A stretch of 64,000 bases of DNA from an uncultured Gammaproteobacteria bacterium (GTDB lineage Bacteria > Patescibacteriota > Patescibacteriia > UBA10025 > JAHIVO01). The notes under the pieces were generated by a model, which saw nothing but the letters and a program-made list of their open reading frames with translations, was not told the origin of the DNA and did not search any database. This document shows positions 46,803 through 57,120 of the stretch, piece after piece. Where the stretch lies: contig CAZQBL010000025.1 in the NCBI GenBank assembly GCA_964592105.1, positions 58-64,057 on the forward strand. The letters run 5' to 3'. Made by a program: the position numbers and the translations under genes. Position 1 is the first letter of the stretch. The number at the start of each line of letters is the position of its first letter.

Positions 46803-47696
46803 ATGGCAAAATATACGCTTGGCTTAGACATCGGCGGCACAAAAATCCAAGCCGGACTGGTCTCGAAAGAAAACAGAATCACCAGAAAAAAACAGGTAAT
46901 TTACCTAAGAAAAAACAAATTGAGTGTTTTGCACGGGATTTATGAGACAATTGATTCAATTTTTTCCTCTGGGGTTGGAGCAATTGGGATAGGCATTACC
47001 GGCGAAGTTGACACTTCAAGCGGTGTAGTCAAATATAGCCCCAATCTGCCAGGTGACTGGAAAAACGTCAAATTAAAAAAAATTTTAAGAAAAAAATATG
47101 GGGTCCCGGTATCAATAGATAATGACGCCCACTGCATTGCTTTGGCCGAGGCGTATTTCGGCGCTGGCCGAAACTATCCTGTTGTTGCGAGCTTGACCAT
47201 CGGCACCGGCGTTGGCTTTTCCTTGATAATCAACGGCCGCATCTACCGTGGCGCCAACAACATTATTGAATTCGGACACACCATTACCGGCAACCTGGCC
47301 CAAAAGTGCAGCTGTGGTTTGCGTGGGCACTTCGAGGCACTGGTTTCTGGTCCGGCCATGACCAGAGAATACAAAAAACTAACCGGCCTGACCAAGACGC
47401 CACAAAATATCGAAATTGCGGCCAGGCATGGCGACCGTCGAGCCCAAAAAATCTTCAAGGAAATGTCGACTAATTTAGCTCGCGGTCTCGCCAACGTAAT
47501 CCACAGCTACAACCCCTCAATTATCGTACTGGGCGGCGGGCTTGGCCGAGTTGATATCTTAACTGATCCGGCTATTAAACAGGTCCGTAATTACATTAAA
47601 TACCCTGGCCTGAAAAATACTAAAATCGTGAAAACGTCACTTAAATACGATGCTGGTATACTCGGTACGGCCATGATAACTCGAAAAAATTATTGA
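46803..47696 (+). CDS. ROK-family sugar kinase (glucokinase-like)
   Basis: LGLDIGGTKIQ, DNDAHCIALAE, Cys-rich zinc motif CSCGLRGHFE. Confidence 0.8.
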   Translation: MAKYTLGLDIGGTKIQAGLVSKENRITRKKQVIYLRKNKLSVLHGIYETIDSIFSSGVGAIGIGITGEVDTSSGVVKYSPNLPGDWKNVKLKKILRKKYGVPVSIDNDAHCIALAEAYFGAGRNYPVVASLTIGTGVGFSLIINGRIYRGANNIIEFGHTITGNLAQKCSCGLRGHFEALVSGPAMTREYKKLTGLTKTPQNIEIAARHGDRRAQKIFKEMSTNLARGLANVIHSYNPSIIVLGGGLGRVDILTDPAIKQVRNYIKYPGLKNTKIVKTSLKYDAGILGTAMITRKNY

Positions 47697-47697
47697 T

Positions 47698-50274
47698 ATG
47701 CCCATACCATATTTAAAAAACGCCGATTTTCGTATTAAGGAAATCAGCAAAAGGATTGTCGGTCATCACCAAGGGAACAGACCCAAAAAATTCTGGAAAA
47801 AAATTATAAGCCGCTGGTTTCCAATTACTATTATTTCCGTCATTCTCGTAATCATTTTCGGACTGGCGGCCTTTGCCTGGTTTTCGCGCGACTTGCCCGA
47901 TCCAAATAAAATCATCGATCGCAACGTGGCCGAAAGTACTAAAATTTACGCCAATGACGGCACGACCCTTTTGTACGAGATACACGGGGATCAAAAAAGA
48001 ACAGTAGTCAATCTGGAAAATATCAGCGATTACGTAAAGCAGGCCACAATCGCCATTGAAGACAAAGACTTCTACAAACACCCCGGATTCAGCATCCGCC
48101 GCATTATCTCCGCTATTATTACCGACATTATGAGTGGACGTAAGGCCCAAGGCGCGTCAACAATAACTCAACAACTCATTAAAAATGCGGTGCTGACTAC
48201 GGAAAAAAGCTGGTCGAGAAAAATAAAAGAGGTAGTGTTAGCCTATCAACTGGAACGCAAATTTACCAAAGATCAGATTCTGAAAATGTACTTCAATGAA
48301 ATCCCCTATGGCTCGACCTCGTACGGAGTGGAATCGGCCGCCCAGACCTTCTTCAATAAATCCGCCAAGGACTTAGACCTGGCCGAGGCCGCTTTGCTGG
48401 CTGCCATTCCTCAAGCGCCTACTTACTACTCCCCCAAGGGCAACCATACCGATGACCTAATAGCCCGGCAGCGCCTAGTTCTCCAGTTGATGACAGACCA
48501 GGGCTATATCACTCAGGAGGAAGCCAATCAAGCTAAAGAAGTTGACATCCTAAAAAGAATTCGGACCAAAAGTGACAATATCTTAGCACCACATTTCGTC
48601 ATGTATGTCAAAGAAATTCTCAGTGAAAAATATGGAGAAAAAATGGTGGAGCAGGGCGGGCTTAGGGTCGTTACCACCCTTGACTACAACAAACAAAAAT
48701 TCGCCGAAGAGGCTATTGAAAAATATGCTGATCGCAACCAAAGTCAGTATCGTGCTTCCAACGCGGCTCTGGTCTCTTTGGACACAAAAACCGGACAGGT
48801 GCTGGCCATGGTCGGCTCGCGCGACTATTTTGATGAATCCATTGATGGCCAGGTCAATGTAGCACTTCGGCCTCGTCAACCAGGCTCTTCATTCAAGCCA
48901 TTTGTCTATGCCACGGCTTTTGCAAAAGGCTATACCCCAGAAACAATACTTTTTGACCTAGTAACAAAATTCAAGACAGATACCAAAGACTATGAACCGC
49001 ATAATTATGACAATAAAGAACATGGCCCATTATCCATGCGCAAAGCCTTGGCCGGTTCTCTTAATATACCAGCCGTAAAAACGCTTTACCTAGCAGGAAT
49101 CGATAACGTCCTTGATAACGCCAAAAAACTTGGCTATACAACATTTGAAGATCGTTCCCGCTTTGGTTTGTCGATCGTTCTGGGCGGTGCCGAGGTTAAA
49201 CTACTAGAACACGTCTCCGCCTATGCCACGCTGGCTCGAGAAGGTATCAGACACCCGGTGGCCATCATCTTACGAGTGGAAAACAAAGACGGAAAAGTGC
49301 TGGAAGAATTTCAAAACCGCGAAGAACGGGTGATCGACCAAAAGGTCGCCCAACAAATTACCAACATTCTGACCGATAACGAGGCCCGTTCGTTTATCTT
49401 CGGCTCCCGCAACTACTTAACCCTACCAGATCGGCCAGTGGCGGCCAAAACTGGAACGACCAACGATTATCATGATGCCTGGACCATGGGCTATACTCCA
49501 TCAATCGCGACTGGGGTTTGGGTAGGGAACAGCAACAACGACGAAATGAAACGTGGCGCCGACGGTTCGGTGGTTGCCGCGCCCATCTGGCAAGAATACA
49601 TGAAAAAAGCCACGCGAGGACCCGTTGAAGTCTTTCACGCACCGCCTGCCAACAACGCAACCAAACCAATTCTGCAGGGCAAGATCGGGGTCGACATAAC
49701 CACCAAAGTGGATAAATATACTGGCTTGGTTATACCCGATTCTTGTCTAAACACCTATCCGCCAGAATTTATAGAGGAAAAAAAATTCAATGAGGTTCAT
49801 AACATTCTTTATTATGTCGACAAAGATAACCCGGCCGGACCCGCCCCTCAAGACCCCTCAAAAGACCCTCAATTTAATAACTGGGAGGAGCCAGTTAAAA
49901 GATGGGCCGAACAAAATAATTTCATTGATAAGAAGCCGGCAAAGGGTGATTGTAGTGTGCGAGCCGAAACCAACAAACCAATTGTGTCTATTACCACACC
50001 ACTAAGCGACTCAACCATTACCACGACCAAATTCATCATTCAGGCTACGGTTACTGCTCCACGACCAATAAAAAAAGTTGTCTATTATCTGGACGAAAAA
50101 CAAATCGGCGAATCATTAGCGGCCCCCTTTACACTAGAATATGATTCAACCGGACTGATCAATGGTTTTCATGACTTAAAAGCCGAAGCCTATGACGATA
50201 TATTCAACAAAAATTCCACCACAATTACTATTAATTATTTAATAGACGAGCCCCCAACAATACTGCCGGAGTAG
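47698..50274 (+). CDS. class A penicillin-binding protein (GT51 transglycosylase plus transpeptidase)
   Basis: N-terminal TM; GT51 motifs (IAIEDKDFYKHPG, GASTITQQL); transpeptidase SSFKP, SLN, KTGT. Confidence 0.9.
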   Translation: MPIPYLKNADFRIKEISKRIVGHHQGNRPKKFWKKIISRWFPITIISVILVIIFGLAAFAWFSRDLPDPNKIIDRNVAESTKIYANDGTTLLYEIHGDQKRTVVNLENISDYVKQATIAIEDKDFYKHPGFSIRRIISAIITDIMSGRKAQGASTITQQLIKNAVLTTEKSWSRKIKEVVLAYQLERKFTKDQILKMYFNEIPYGSTSYGVESAAQTFFNKSAKDLDLAEAALLAAIPQAPTYYSPKGNHTDDLIARQRLVLQLMTDQGYITQEEANQAKEVDILKRIRTKSDNILAPHFVMYVKEILSEKYGEKMVEQGGLRVVTTLDYNKQKFAEEAIEKYADRNQSQYRASNAALVSLDTKTGQVLAMVGSRDYFDESIDGQVNVALRPRQPGSSFKPFVYATAFAKGYTPETILFDLVTKFKTDTKDYEPHNYDNKEHGPLSMRKALAGSLNIPAVKTLYLAGIDNVLDNAKKLGYTTFEDRSRFGLSIVLGGAEVKLLEHVSAYATLAREGIRHPVAIILRVENKDGKVLEEFQNREERVIDQKVAQQITNILTDNEARSFIFGSRNYLTLPDRPVAAKTGTTNDYHDAWTMGYTPSIATGVWVGNSNNDEMKRGADGSVVAAPIWQEYMKKATRGPVEVFHAPPANNATKPILQGKIGVDITTKVDKYTGLVIPDSCLNTYPPEFIEEKKFNEVHNILYYVDKDNPAGPAPQDPSKDPQFNNWEEPVKRWAEQNNFIDKKPAKGDCSVRAETNKPIVSITTPLSDSTITTTKFIIQATVTAPRPIKKVVYYLDEKQIGESLAAPFTLEYDSTGLINGFHDLKAEAYDDIFNKNSTTITINYLIDEPPTILPE

Positions 50275-50308
50275 GTCGCTCTGAAAAAATGAAAAAAAGA
50301 ATAAAACC

Positions 50309-50345
50309 AAAAGCGTGCTGATGTTTGACAGCACGCTTTTTATTG
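50309..50345. terminator. bidirectional rho-independent terminator between convergent PBP and dnaN
   Basis: AAAAGCGTGCTG-atgtttga-CAGCACGCTTTTT: perfect 9-bp GC-rich stem with flanking A- and T-runs. Confidence 0.8.
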
Positions 50346-50370
50346 GAAAATTAACTAATCAATTACCTTA

Positions 50371-51474
50371 TTATTGTTTTATGGGCATTATTATATAAAT
50401 ATAATTTCCATTTTTTTCCGGCCGTAATAATCCAGGGTTTACATTGCTGGTCATTTCCAAAACACATTGTTCACTGCTAATATTCTGAAGACCATCCAAA
50501 AGAAAACGGTAGTTCAGAACAATATTGTTCTCCTCTCCTACAATGTCTGCCGTCTGTCTGACTTCGCTCTCGCCGATCTGAGCATTGGTAGCAAAAACAA
50601 TTATCTCGCCCGTTTTTTTATCAAACTTCAAAGTAATATCATTGCCTCCCTGTTTACAAAAAAGGCTGGCCTGTTTTATGGTGTTAATAAACTCAGACGT
50701 GTTGACGATGACGCGCGTACGATGTTCGCTTGGTATGATCTGCTTATAATCAGGGTATTGCCCTTCAATTAATCTGGAAGTTAGCCTGGTCTCTCCCAGA
50801 GAAAACAAAACTTGGTTTTCGTTGCAAGAAATGACCGCCACTTCATTGGCCTCGTTCAAAACCCGAATAAGCTCTTGAATTGTTCTGAGAGGGACAATTA
50901 TCTGTTGGTTTTTTACAGCTGGTTTTTCCAGTTTTACTACTTTTTCAGCCAAACGATAGCTATCTGTGGCCGCCAAAGTAAGTTGTTCGTTATTAAAATC
51001 CATATATACTCCGCTAATCTCCGGCCTGGTCTCATCTAAGGCCACGGTAAAAACTACAGACGATAGGGCATCTTTCAGCGTCTTGGCTTTAATTTCAAAT
51101 TTTTCGGCGGCCTCAACATCGGGGATAATGGGGAATTCAGAAGCAGGGGCACCTTTCATAATTGTTTTGGATTTACTGCACGAAATTTTAAAATCTTGTC
51201 CAGAAACCTCCATGGTTATGTTTTGTTTGGGGAGCAGATTTATAAAATCGCTAAAGGTTTTAGCCTGAACAGTGTAGCTTCCTTCGGCTTCAATTTTGCC
51301 ACGTACTTGAGAAACTATACCGATTTCTAAATTGGTTGTAGCCAATTTTAGCATCCCCTTTTCCGCGGTTAATAAAACATTATTCAGAATTGGCAGAGAA
51401 ATGTTTTTGCTGGCAATGTGACTAACCATCTGAAGGCCACGTGATAAATTTTCTTGCGTACAAATAATTTTCAT
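50371..51474 (-). CDS. dnaN: DNA polymerase III subunit beta (sliding clamp)
   Basis: MKIICTQENLSRGLQMVSHIASKN...LPILNNVLL. Confidence 0.9.
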   Translation of the reverse strand: MKIICTQENLSRGLQMVSHIASKNISLPILNNVLLTAEKGMLKLATTNLEIGIVSQVRGKIEAEGSYTVQAKTFSDFINLLPKQNITMEVSGQDFKISCSKSKTIMKGAPASEFPIIPDVEAAEKFEIKAKTLKDALSSVVFTVALDETRPEISGVYMDFNNEQLTLAATDSYRLAEKVVKLEKPAVKNQQIIVPLRTIQELIRVLNEANEVAVISCNENQVLFSLGETRLTSRLIEGQYPDYKQIIPSEHRTRVIVNTSEFINTIKQASLFCKQGGNDITLKFDKKTGEIIVFATNAQIGESEVRQTADIVGEENNIVLNYRFLLDGLQNISSEQCVLEMTSNVNPGLLRPEKNGNYIYIIMPIKQ

Positions 51475-51795
51475 ATTTTTTTAATTTATATATAATATTA
51501 AGTTAAAGAATAAATATATAAGGAGGGTGGAAAAGTGGATAGATTTAAGAAAGTAGCTTTTTAGTTTGTTTTTAAAAATATTTTCTGGTGGACGTTTAAT
51601 TTTTTGATGTGAATATGTTCTTGGTTGATTGTGTCTGGTTTGGGCGTAACTTTCTAATCGGTGAACTAGGGTTATTTGATATGGTTTTTTTGTTCAGATC
51701 AACCAACAAGTTGTCAACAAAATAATTGTATTCGCTACACCAGTGCTCCACAGATTGATACGGCTTGCCCACAGGATATTAACAGCCCATAAGCC
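51475..51795. promoter_or_regulatory. putative oriC segment in the dnaA-dnaN intergenic region (AT-rich DUE plus DnaA-box-like 9-mers)
   Basis: AT-rich tract ttttttaatttatatataatattaagttaaagaataaatatata; DnaA-box-like AGTGGATAG, TTGTCAACA, gCTCCACAg; placement between dnaA and dnaN. Confidence 0.5.
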
Positions 51796-53172
51796 TTATT
51801 TATTGTAAAGCCTCTGGCGGATTAAGTTGATGTCCTGTCTGATTTTTTCGTCTTCATCGGCAAGGCGTTTAATTTTTTCGTAGGCGTGCATGGCCGTGGT
51901 GTGGTCTCGATTGCCAAGCTCATGGCCGATAGTAGGGTAAGAGCACTTTCCCTCCTCACGCATTAAATACATGGTTATTTGGCGAGGGATCACTAATTCT
52001 TTTTTTCGACTGTTGCCCAGCAGATCGTCAATTTTTATCTCAAAAAACGAAGCCACTTGTCCAATTATTTGTTTGACGGTTATGGCCCCGCCTCTTTTTT
52101 GGAAAGGGGAAACGCTGGTGAGTATGCTTTTTACGGAGTTAACATCAGGAGAAGTATTGTTGAGGTGGTGGAAGGCGATAATGCGATTAAGGGCTCCTTC
52201 AAGTTCACGGACGTTGCTTTGAATGGTGGTGGCCACCAAATTGATGACTTCCGTGGACAGGGGGTAGTTTTTTTCGGCACATTTTGCATTTAAGATAGCC
52301 ACTCTGGTTTCGAAGTCGGGTTGGGCGATATCGGCAAGCATTCCCCACTCAAAACGGGAAACAAGGCGGTTTTCTAGGGCGGGGATAGCCTTGGGAGGCC
52401 TATCGGAACTTATAACAATTTGTTTGTTGTGTTGGTGTAGGGCGTTGAAGGTGTGAAAAAATTCTTCCTGAGTTCCCTCTTTTCCAGCCAAAAATTGAAT
52501 GTCGTCAATCAGAAGGACGTCGGCGGTGCGGTAGGCGTCTTTGAACCTTTCTGCGTCGCCCTGGCTGATCGAACGGATGAATTCATTGGTGAATTTTTCG
52601 CAGGTAACATAAATTACTTTTTTTGAGGGGAATAGTTTGTGGACTTCTTGCCCGATGGCTTGCATGAGGTGGGTTTTTCCCAAACCAGCGCCGCCGTACA
52701 GAAATAGAGGATTGTAAACTTCGCCTGGTTTCTGGGCTACGGCCAAACAGGCGGCGTGAGCCAATTCATTACCTTTGCCGACGATGAATGTTTCAAAAGT
52801 ATAGCGGTTATTCAGACCGAAACCGTTTTTTTCGTTTTTCACAGTTGAGTTTTTGTTGTCGTGTTCCAAGACGACGCCCTCCTTCCCCCTCTCCTTCGGC
52901 GCTGAAATAGGCATCGTTTTGTGTAAGGATTCAACCTTGTAATTAACGACCGCAATTTGATTGTTGGATACGTTCTGAAGCGCCCTAAGAATTTCTTTGT
53001 GGTATTTGTTTTCCAGCCACGTTTTTGTAAAGGCATTGGGCACGCCAATAGTGACTTGGTTTTTTTCGTGTTGGGCGATAAAAGTATTTTTGAACCAAGT
53101 AGTAAAATTAGCCTTGCTGATAGACAGCTCAAGCTCACCTAGGGCCGCCTGCCATAATTGGGTGTTGTCCAT
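51796..53172 (-). CDS. dnaA: chromosomal replication initiator protein DnaA
   Basis: Walker A GGAGLGKTHL, AAA+ box, C-terminal DNA-binding helix (TTAMHAYEKI). Confidence 0.95.
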   Translation of the reverse strand: MDNTQLWQAALGELELSISKANFTTWFKNTFIAQHEKNQVTIGVPNAFTKTWLENKYHKEILRALQNVSNNQIAVVNYKVESLHKTMPISAPKERGKEGVVLEHDNKNSTVKNEKNGFGLNNRYTFETFIVGKGNELAHAACLAVAQKPGEVYNPLFLYGGAGLGKTHLMQAIGQEVHKLFPSKKVIYVTCEKFTNEFIRSISQGDAERFKDAYRTADVLLIDDIQFLAGKEGTQEEFFHTFNALHQHNKQIVISSDRPPKAIPALENRLVSRFEWGMLADIAQPDFETRVAILNAKCAEKNYPLSTEVINLVATTIQSNVRELEGALNRIIAFHHLNNTSPDVNSVKSILTSVSPFQKRGGAITVKQIIGQVASFFEIKIDDLLGNSRKKELVIPRQITMYLMREEGKCSYPTIGHELGNRDHTTAMHAYEKIKRLADEDEKIRQDINLIRQRLYNK

Positions 53173-53427
53173 AGGTTCTAAGTGGGACAGGGTTTGTAAA
53201 TTAAGGTACTTATCATCTTATCACAAAGAGAGTATTTAAAAAATGTTAATCTGTTGATCGTTTGTGCATAAACTGTTAATAGTTTTATAAAATGGTAATA
53301 TTTTAACGTCACGACTTATCCAAGACAGAGTCATTTAATACGAAAAGAATTGACTAATAAGCGCCAAACAGATATACTGAACTAGCTTTTAATAGTAGGA
53401 ATTTGAGCGATTTTTAAAATAAACAAT
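53173..53427. promoter_or_regulatory. divergent dnaA/rpmH promoter region with weak DnaA-box-like sites
   Basis: TTATCCAAG at ~53316 and TTATCACAA at ~53218; placement between divergent dnaA and rpmH. Confidence 0.35.
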
Positions 53428-53565
53428 ATGCCCAAGAGGACGTACCAACCAAAAAAAAGACAGCGCGGCAAGGAACATGGCTTCCGGAAAAGAATGAGAA
53501 CAAAGAGTGGGCGAAAGGTTTTGTCGCGTCGCCGAAAGAAGGGCCGCTATATTTTGAGTTATTAA
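53428..53565 (+). CDS. rpmH: 50S ribosomal protein L34
   Basis: [45 protein letters not shown] matches L34; too short for the ORF track. Confidence 0.9.
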   Translation: MPKRTYQPKKRQRGKEHGFRKRMRTKSGRKVLSRRRKKGRYILSY

Positions 53566-53581
53566 TCGCGGCCGCCCATCA

Positions 53582-53923
53582 ATGTTGAAAAAAAGTGCTA
53601 GAATAATTAAGACAAAAGATTGGCAAATACTGCACAAACAAGGCCGTACGGTATTTGGCCAGGGAATTGCTTTAAAAATACTAAAAAATGAGTCTGGTAT
53701 TTCCCGATTTGGTGTGGTGGCTGGAACAAAGGTTAGTAAAAGAGCCACGATCCGTAATCGTCTTAAGAGGCAAATTAGAGCTATAATTAGGCAAAATTAC
53801 AACAAGATAAGAAATGGCTATGATATGATTATTATTATCAGACCGGAATTAGCCACGAAAACATTTGCCGAAATTAAAAATGTTCTGGAAGAATCTTTTA
53901 AAAAGGCCGGACTAATTTCATGA
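53582..53923 (+). CDS. rnpA: ribonuclease P protein component
   Basis: Basic 113-aa protein directly after rpmH; RNR motif region ([13 protein letters not shown]). Confidence 0.8.
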   Translation: MLKKSARIIKTKDWQILHKQGRTVFGQGIALKILKNESGISRFGVVAGTKVSKRATIRNRLKRQIRAIIRQNYNKIRNGYDMIIIIRPELATKTFAEIKNVLEESFKKAGLIS

Positions 53924-54189
53924 TAGGCTTCTGGCAACAAATAAACCTTTTTTTTAAATGCTATATTTTGTGGCTTATTAAACTGTACCAGAAGATTCTG
54001 TCCTTTGATCACGGACTTTTGTCCTACCTTTATCCACATGGTTTCTGTCGCTTTCGTCCCACTTGTTCTGAATATGTTTACCAGGCCATAGAGCGTCATG
54101 GTGTGATCAAAGGCGGTTGGCTGGGCTTTAAAAGAGTTCTAAGGTGTAATCCTTTTAATAAGGGAGGCGAAGATCCGGTGCCCAAGTAA
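53920..54189 (+). CDS. yidD: membrane protein insertion efficiency factor YidD
   Basis: [31 protein letters not shown]; ATGA overlap with rnpA. Confidence 0.85.
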   Translation: MIGFWQQINLFFKCYILWLIKLYQKILSFDHGLLSYLYPHGFCRFRPTCSEYVYQAIERHGVIKGGWLGFKRVLRCNPFNKGGEDPVPK

Positions 54190-54202
54190 GAATAAGAAAT
54201 TT

Positions 54203-54970
54203 ATGGGAAACATATTTAACCTAATATTATTTGAGCCAATATTTAATGCTGTTGTTTTTATTTATAAATATATTCCCGACCTCGGTGTGGCCATTGTTAT
54301 TCTAACTCTGATTATTAGGGGCCTTCTCTATCTTCCCTCCCGGTCGTCCATTCGCTCACAGAAATCTTTGCAACAGACCCAGCCTAAATTGAAAGCCATC
54401 CAGGAAAAATACAAAAATAATAAAGAAGAGTTGGGGCGTCAGCTTATGAAATTTTATAAAGAAAACAAAATAAACCCCTTTTCCTCGTGCTTACCTTTGC
54501 TTATCCAGCTGCCTATTCTCATCGCCCTTTATCAGGCATTTTTAGCCGTATCACAAACGGATCCGACCACACATATATTGCTGGCAAAACAGCTTCAGCA
54601 TCTGTATGAACCCCTTAGGGATTTTTTCGCTAATACCCCTATAAATCCTATATCCTTGGGCTTTATCAATTTATCGGCCAATAAAAATTTTATATTGGCC
54701 CTGCTGGCTGGAGCGGCACAATTTTGGCAGTCAAAAATGCTTTTGGCCAAGCAACCGCCTAAAGTCGCTGGCGCCAAAGACGAAAGCATAACCGCCGGTA
54801 TGAATAAACAAATGACTTATATGATGCCTATTATTACGATTATCTTTGGCTTACAGTTTCCGGCCGGCTTGACTTTGTACTGGTTGTTCTCTACCCTTTT
54901 CACCGTGGCTCAGCAGTATTATATTTTTAAGAAAGACGATAAAAAAATAGAGGAGAAGCCCGCCGCATGA
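54203..54970 (+). CDS. yidC: membrane protein insertase YidC (short form)
   Basis: YidC/Oxa1 core helices (IVILTLIIRGLLYLP...QQTQPKLKAIQEKYK...SCLPLLIQLPILIALYQAF...GLTLYWLFSTLFTVAQQY). Confidence 0.85.
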   Translation: MGNIFNLILFEPIFNAVVFIYKYIPDLGVAIVILTLIIRGLLYLPSRSSIRSQKSLQQTQPKLKAIQEKYKNNKEELGRQLMKFYKENKINPFSSCLPLLIQLPILIALYQAFLAVSQTDPTTHILLAKQLQHLYEPLRDFFANTPINPISLGFINLSANKNFILALLAGAAQFWQSKMLLAKQPPKVAGAKDESITAGMNKQMTYMMPIITIIFGLQFPAGLTLYWLFSTLFTVAQQYYIFKKDDKKIEEKPAA

Positions 54971-55251
54971 TTTTAAAAAATAATGACCTAATAAATCTGC
55001 CGGTTTACACCAGATCCAATCAGCATCTCGGACGAGTTGCTGGTTTTGAAATAGACCAACAAACACAGCAGATTGTTAGATATGAGGTAAAAAGCGGCGG
55101 GATAATTAGCGATTTATTGAGTAAAAAACTGTTGGTTTCCCGGGAACAGGTCGTGTCTATCAACTCGGAGAAGATGGTGGTCGAGGACACCGCAGTACCG
55201 TATGCGGAACAAAAAAGAGAAACCGCCAAAAACGCTGCTGTAATTGGGTAG
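54967..55251 (+). CDS. PRC-barrel domain protein
   Basis: LINLPVYTRSNQHLGRVAGFEID pattern; 94 aa. Confidence 0.4.
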   Translation: MILKNNDLINLPVYTRSNQHLGRVAGFEIDQQTQQIVRYEVKSGGIISDLLSKKLLVSREQVVSINSEKMVVEDTAVPYAEQKRETAKNAAVIG

Positions 55252-55264
55252 GACTAATGAAAAA

Positions 55265-55720
55265 TTACCGGTTCGTTTTTAATGACGGCGTTTTTTTGTT
55301 GACGGTTATAAGTCGAGAACAACGACCCAAGACCGAAAAGTTGATTATTGTCCGGTGATAAGAGGACAGAAGATTTTGGATTTTGTTTGCCCACTCGATG
55401 ATAACCACAGAGTCTGGCCGGCCCAAAAAATCGTATAAACCAATGTTTCTAATCTCGCTCGGCTTTTTCAGACGGTAAAGATCGATATGACAGAAGTATT
55501 TTATGCCTGCATGATGGACGCGGTAAACTTTCATTAAAATAAAGGTTGGGCTGGTTATTAGTTCTTTGATGCCAAAGCCCCGGGCCAGGCCTTTGGTTAA
55601 GACTGTTTTGCCTCCGCCTAAATCGCCAATTAGGGCGAAAACACAGCCCCTTTTGGTTTTTTTGGCAAGTCTTAGCCCAAAATCTATAGTTTTGTGCGGT
55701 GAGCGCGAGAGATATTTCAT
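55265..55720 (-). CDS. tsaE: tRNA threonylcarbamoyladenosine biosynthesis protein TsaE
   Basis: P-loop LIGDLGGGKTVLTKGLARGFGI, SPTFILMKVY, HIDLYRL. Confidence 0.8.
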   Translation of the reverse strand: MKYLSRSPHKTIDFGLRLAKKTKRGCVFALIGDLGGGKTVLTKGLARGFGIKELITSPTFILMKVYRVHHAGIKYFCHIDLYRLKKPSEIRNIGLYDFLGRPDSVVIIEWANKIQNLLSSYHRTIINFSVLGRCSRLITVNKKTPSLKTNR

Positions 55721-55821
55721 ATTGTGAATTTTAGGGTATCTACGGCCGTTTTGCCAAATCTTGACAGGTAAATCAGCTTAAAGTATACTAATTTATTCAA
55801 CTTAATAAAAAAGATTATTTA

Positions 55822-56982
55822 TTGCAGTTTTTAGATATGGAGCATTCGCCGACCCAACAAGCAATTGATTTAATAGAAAAGAGCGCCAACATTGTTATAG
55901 CCTTAGCGAAAAATCCAACCACCGATGCGATTGCTTCTGGTTTGGGTTTGTTTTTGGCTCTGGAAAAAATTAAGAAGAAAGTTAAGCTGGTTTGTCATGA
56001 TTTCAATCTGCCGCCCACCCACCAGTTTCTTCCCAAAAGTTCGGAGATACACAATGATCTGACGGCCTTAAGGAAGTTTATCATCAGCCTGGATTTATCG
56101 AGGACGAAGGTCCAGGAATTAAGTTACGATATAGCAGACAACAAACTTAATATTTTTATTACGCCCAAGAATGGATTTTTTGAGCCCCGAGACGTTACCA
56201 CTTCGGCTTCGTCCTATGATTACGATTTAATTATTGTGGTCGATTCGCAAGATTTGGAAGCACTGGGCAAGGTTTATGATGATAATACGGAATTTTTTTA
56301 TCACACGCCCATAGTAAATATCGACCATAACCCGGCTAATGAGTATTTTGGGCAAATAAATATAATTGATTTGGTGGCCACCTCAACCTCGGAAATAGTT
56401 TTTGGGCTGATTAAGGGTTTCAAGGAGCATCTCATGGACGAATATATTGCCACCAGTCTTTTGACCGGCATTATTTCCAAAACCAAGAGTTTTCAAAGCA
56501 GTTCTGTTACGCCGCGCTCACTGGCCATCAGCAGTCATCTTATCGAAAACGGTGCCCGTCGAGATGAGATAATCCAAAATCTCTACCGGACCAAGACGAT
56601 AAACACCTTGAAACTTTGGGGTCGGGCCTTGGCCCGTTTGAAAACCGAGATGGACGGCAAAGTTGTTTGGTCGCTCCTGAACCGACAGGATTTTTTCAAG
56701 TCAGGTGCCGGCGAGAATGATTTAACAGGCGTGATCGATGAATTGATAATAAATACGCCAAATGCCGAGGTGGTTATAATTCTTTATGAAGCTTCGGAAA
56801 AGGACATCGGGGTGATCGTTAGCAGTGTCCAGGCCGTTGATGGCTTGGAGTTGTTTAAGGAGTTTGCGCCCGACGGGACACGAAATTTTTCTAAATTCAA
56901 ACTTGAGGGTAAGAATATAATCGAGGCCGAGACCCAAGTTTTGAACGTTGTCCGGCGGTATTATCAGAATTTGAAAAAATAA
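55822..56982 (+). CDS. DHH-family phosphoesterase (NrnA-like, DHH plus DHHA1)
   Basis: NPTTDAIASGLGL, IVVDSQD, NIDHNPANEY (DHH motif), C-terminal DHHA1-like GGG region. Confidence 0.6.
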   Translation: MQFLDMEHSPTQQAIDLIEKSANIVIALAKNPTTDAIASGLGLFLALEKIKKKVKLVCHDFNLPPTHQFLPKSSEIHNDLTALRKFIISLDLSRTKVQELSYDIADNKLNIFITPKNGFFEPRDVTTSASSYDYDLIIVVDSQDLEALGKVYDDNTEFFYHTPIVNIDHNPANEYFGQINIIDLVATSTSEIVFGLIKGFKEHLMDEYIATSLLTGIISKTKSFQSSSVTPRSLAISSHLIENGARRDEIIQNLYRTKTINTLKLWGRALARLKTEMDGKVVWSLLNRQDFFKSGAGENDLTGVIDELIINTPNAEVVIILYEASEKDIGVIVSSVQAVDGLELFKEFAPDGTRNFSKFKLEGKNIIEAETQVLNVVRRYYQNLKK

Positions 56983-57120
56983 AAAACAGTCAGCCAACCG
57001 ATGCCCGGCACCGGAAATTACCGGCCGAATTCATTTTTTATTGTTTTGAAATGGTTGATAAATAAAAATGCCACTTATAAAAATTCCACTTAATAAAGAA
57101 AATCTGCTATACTTTTAAGC

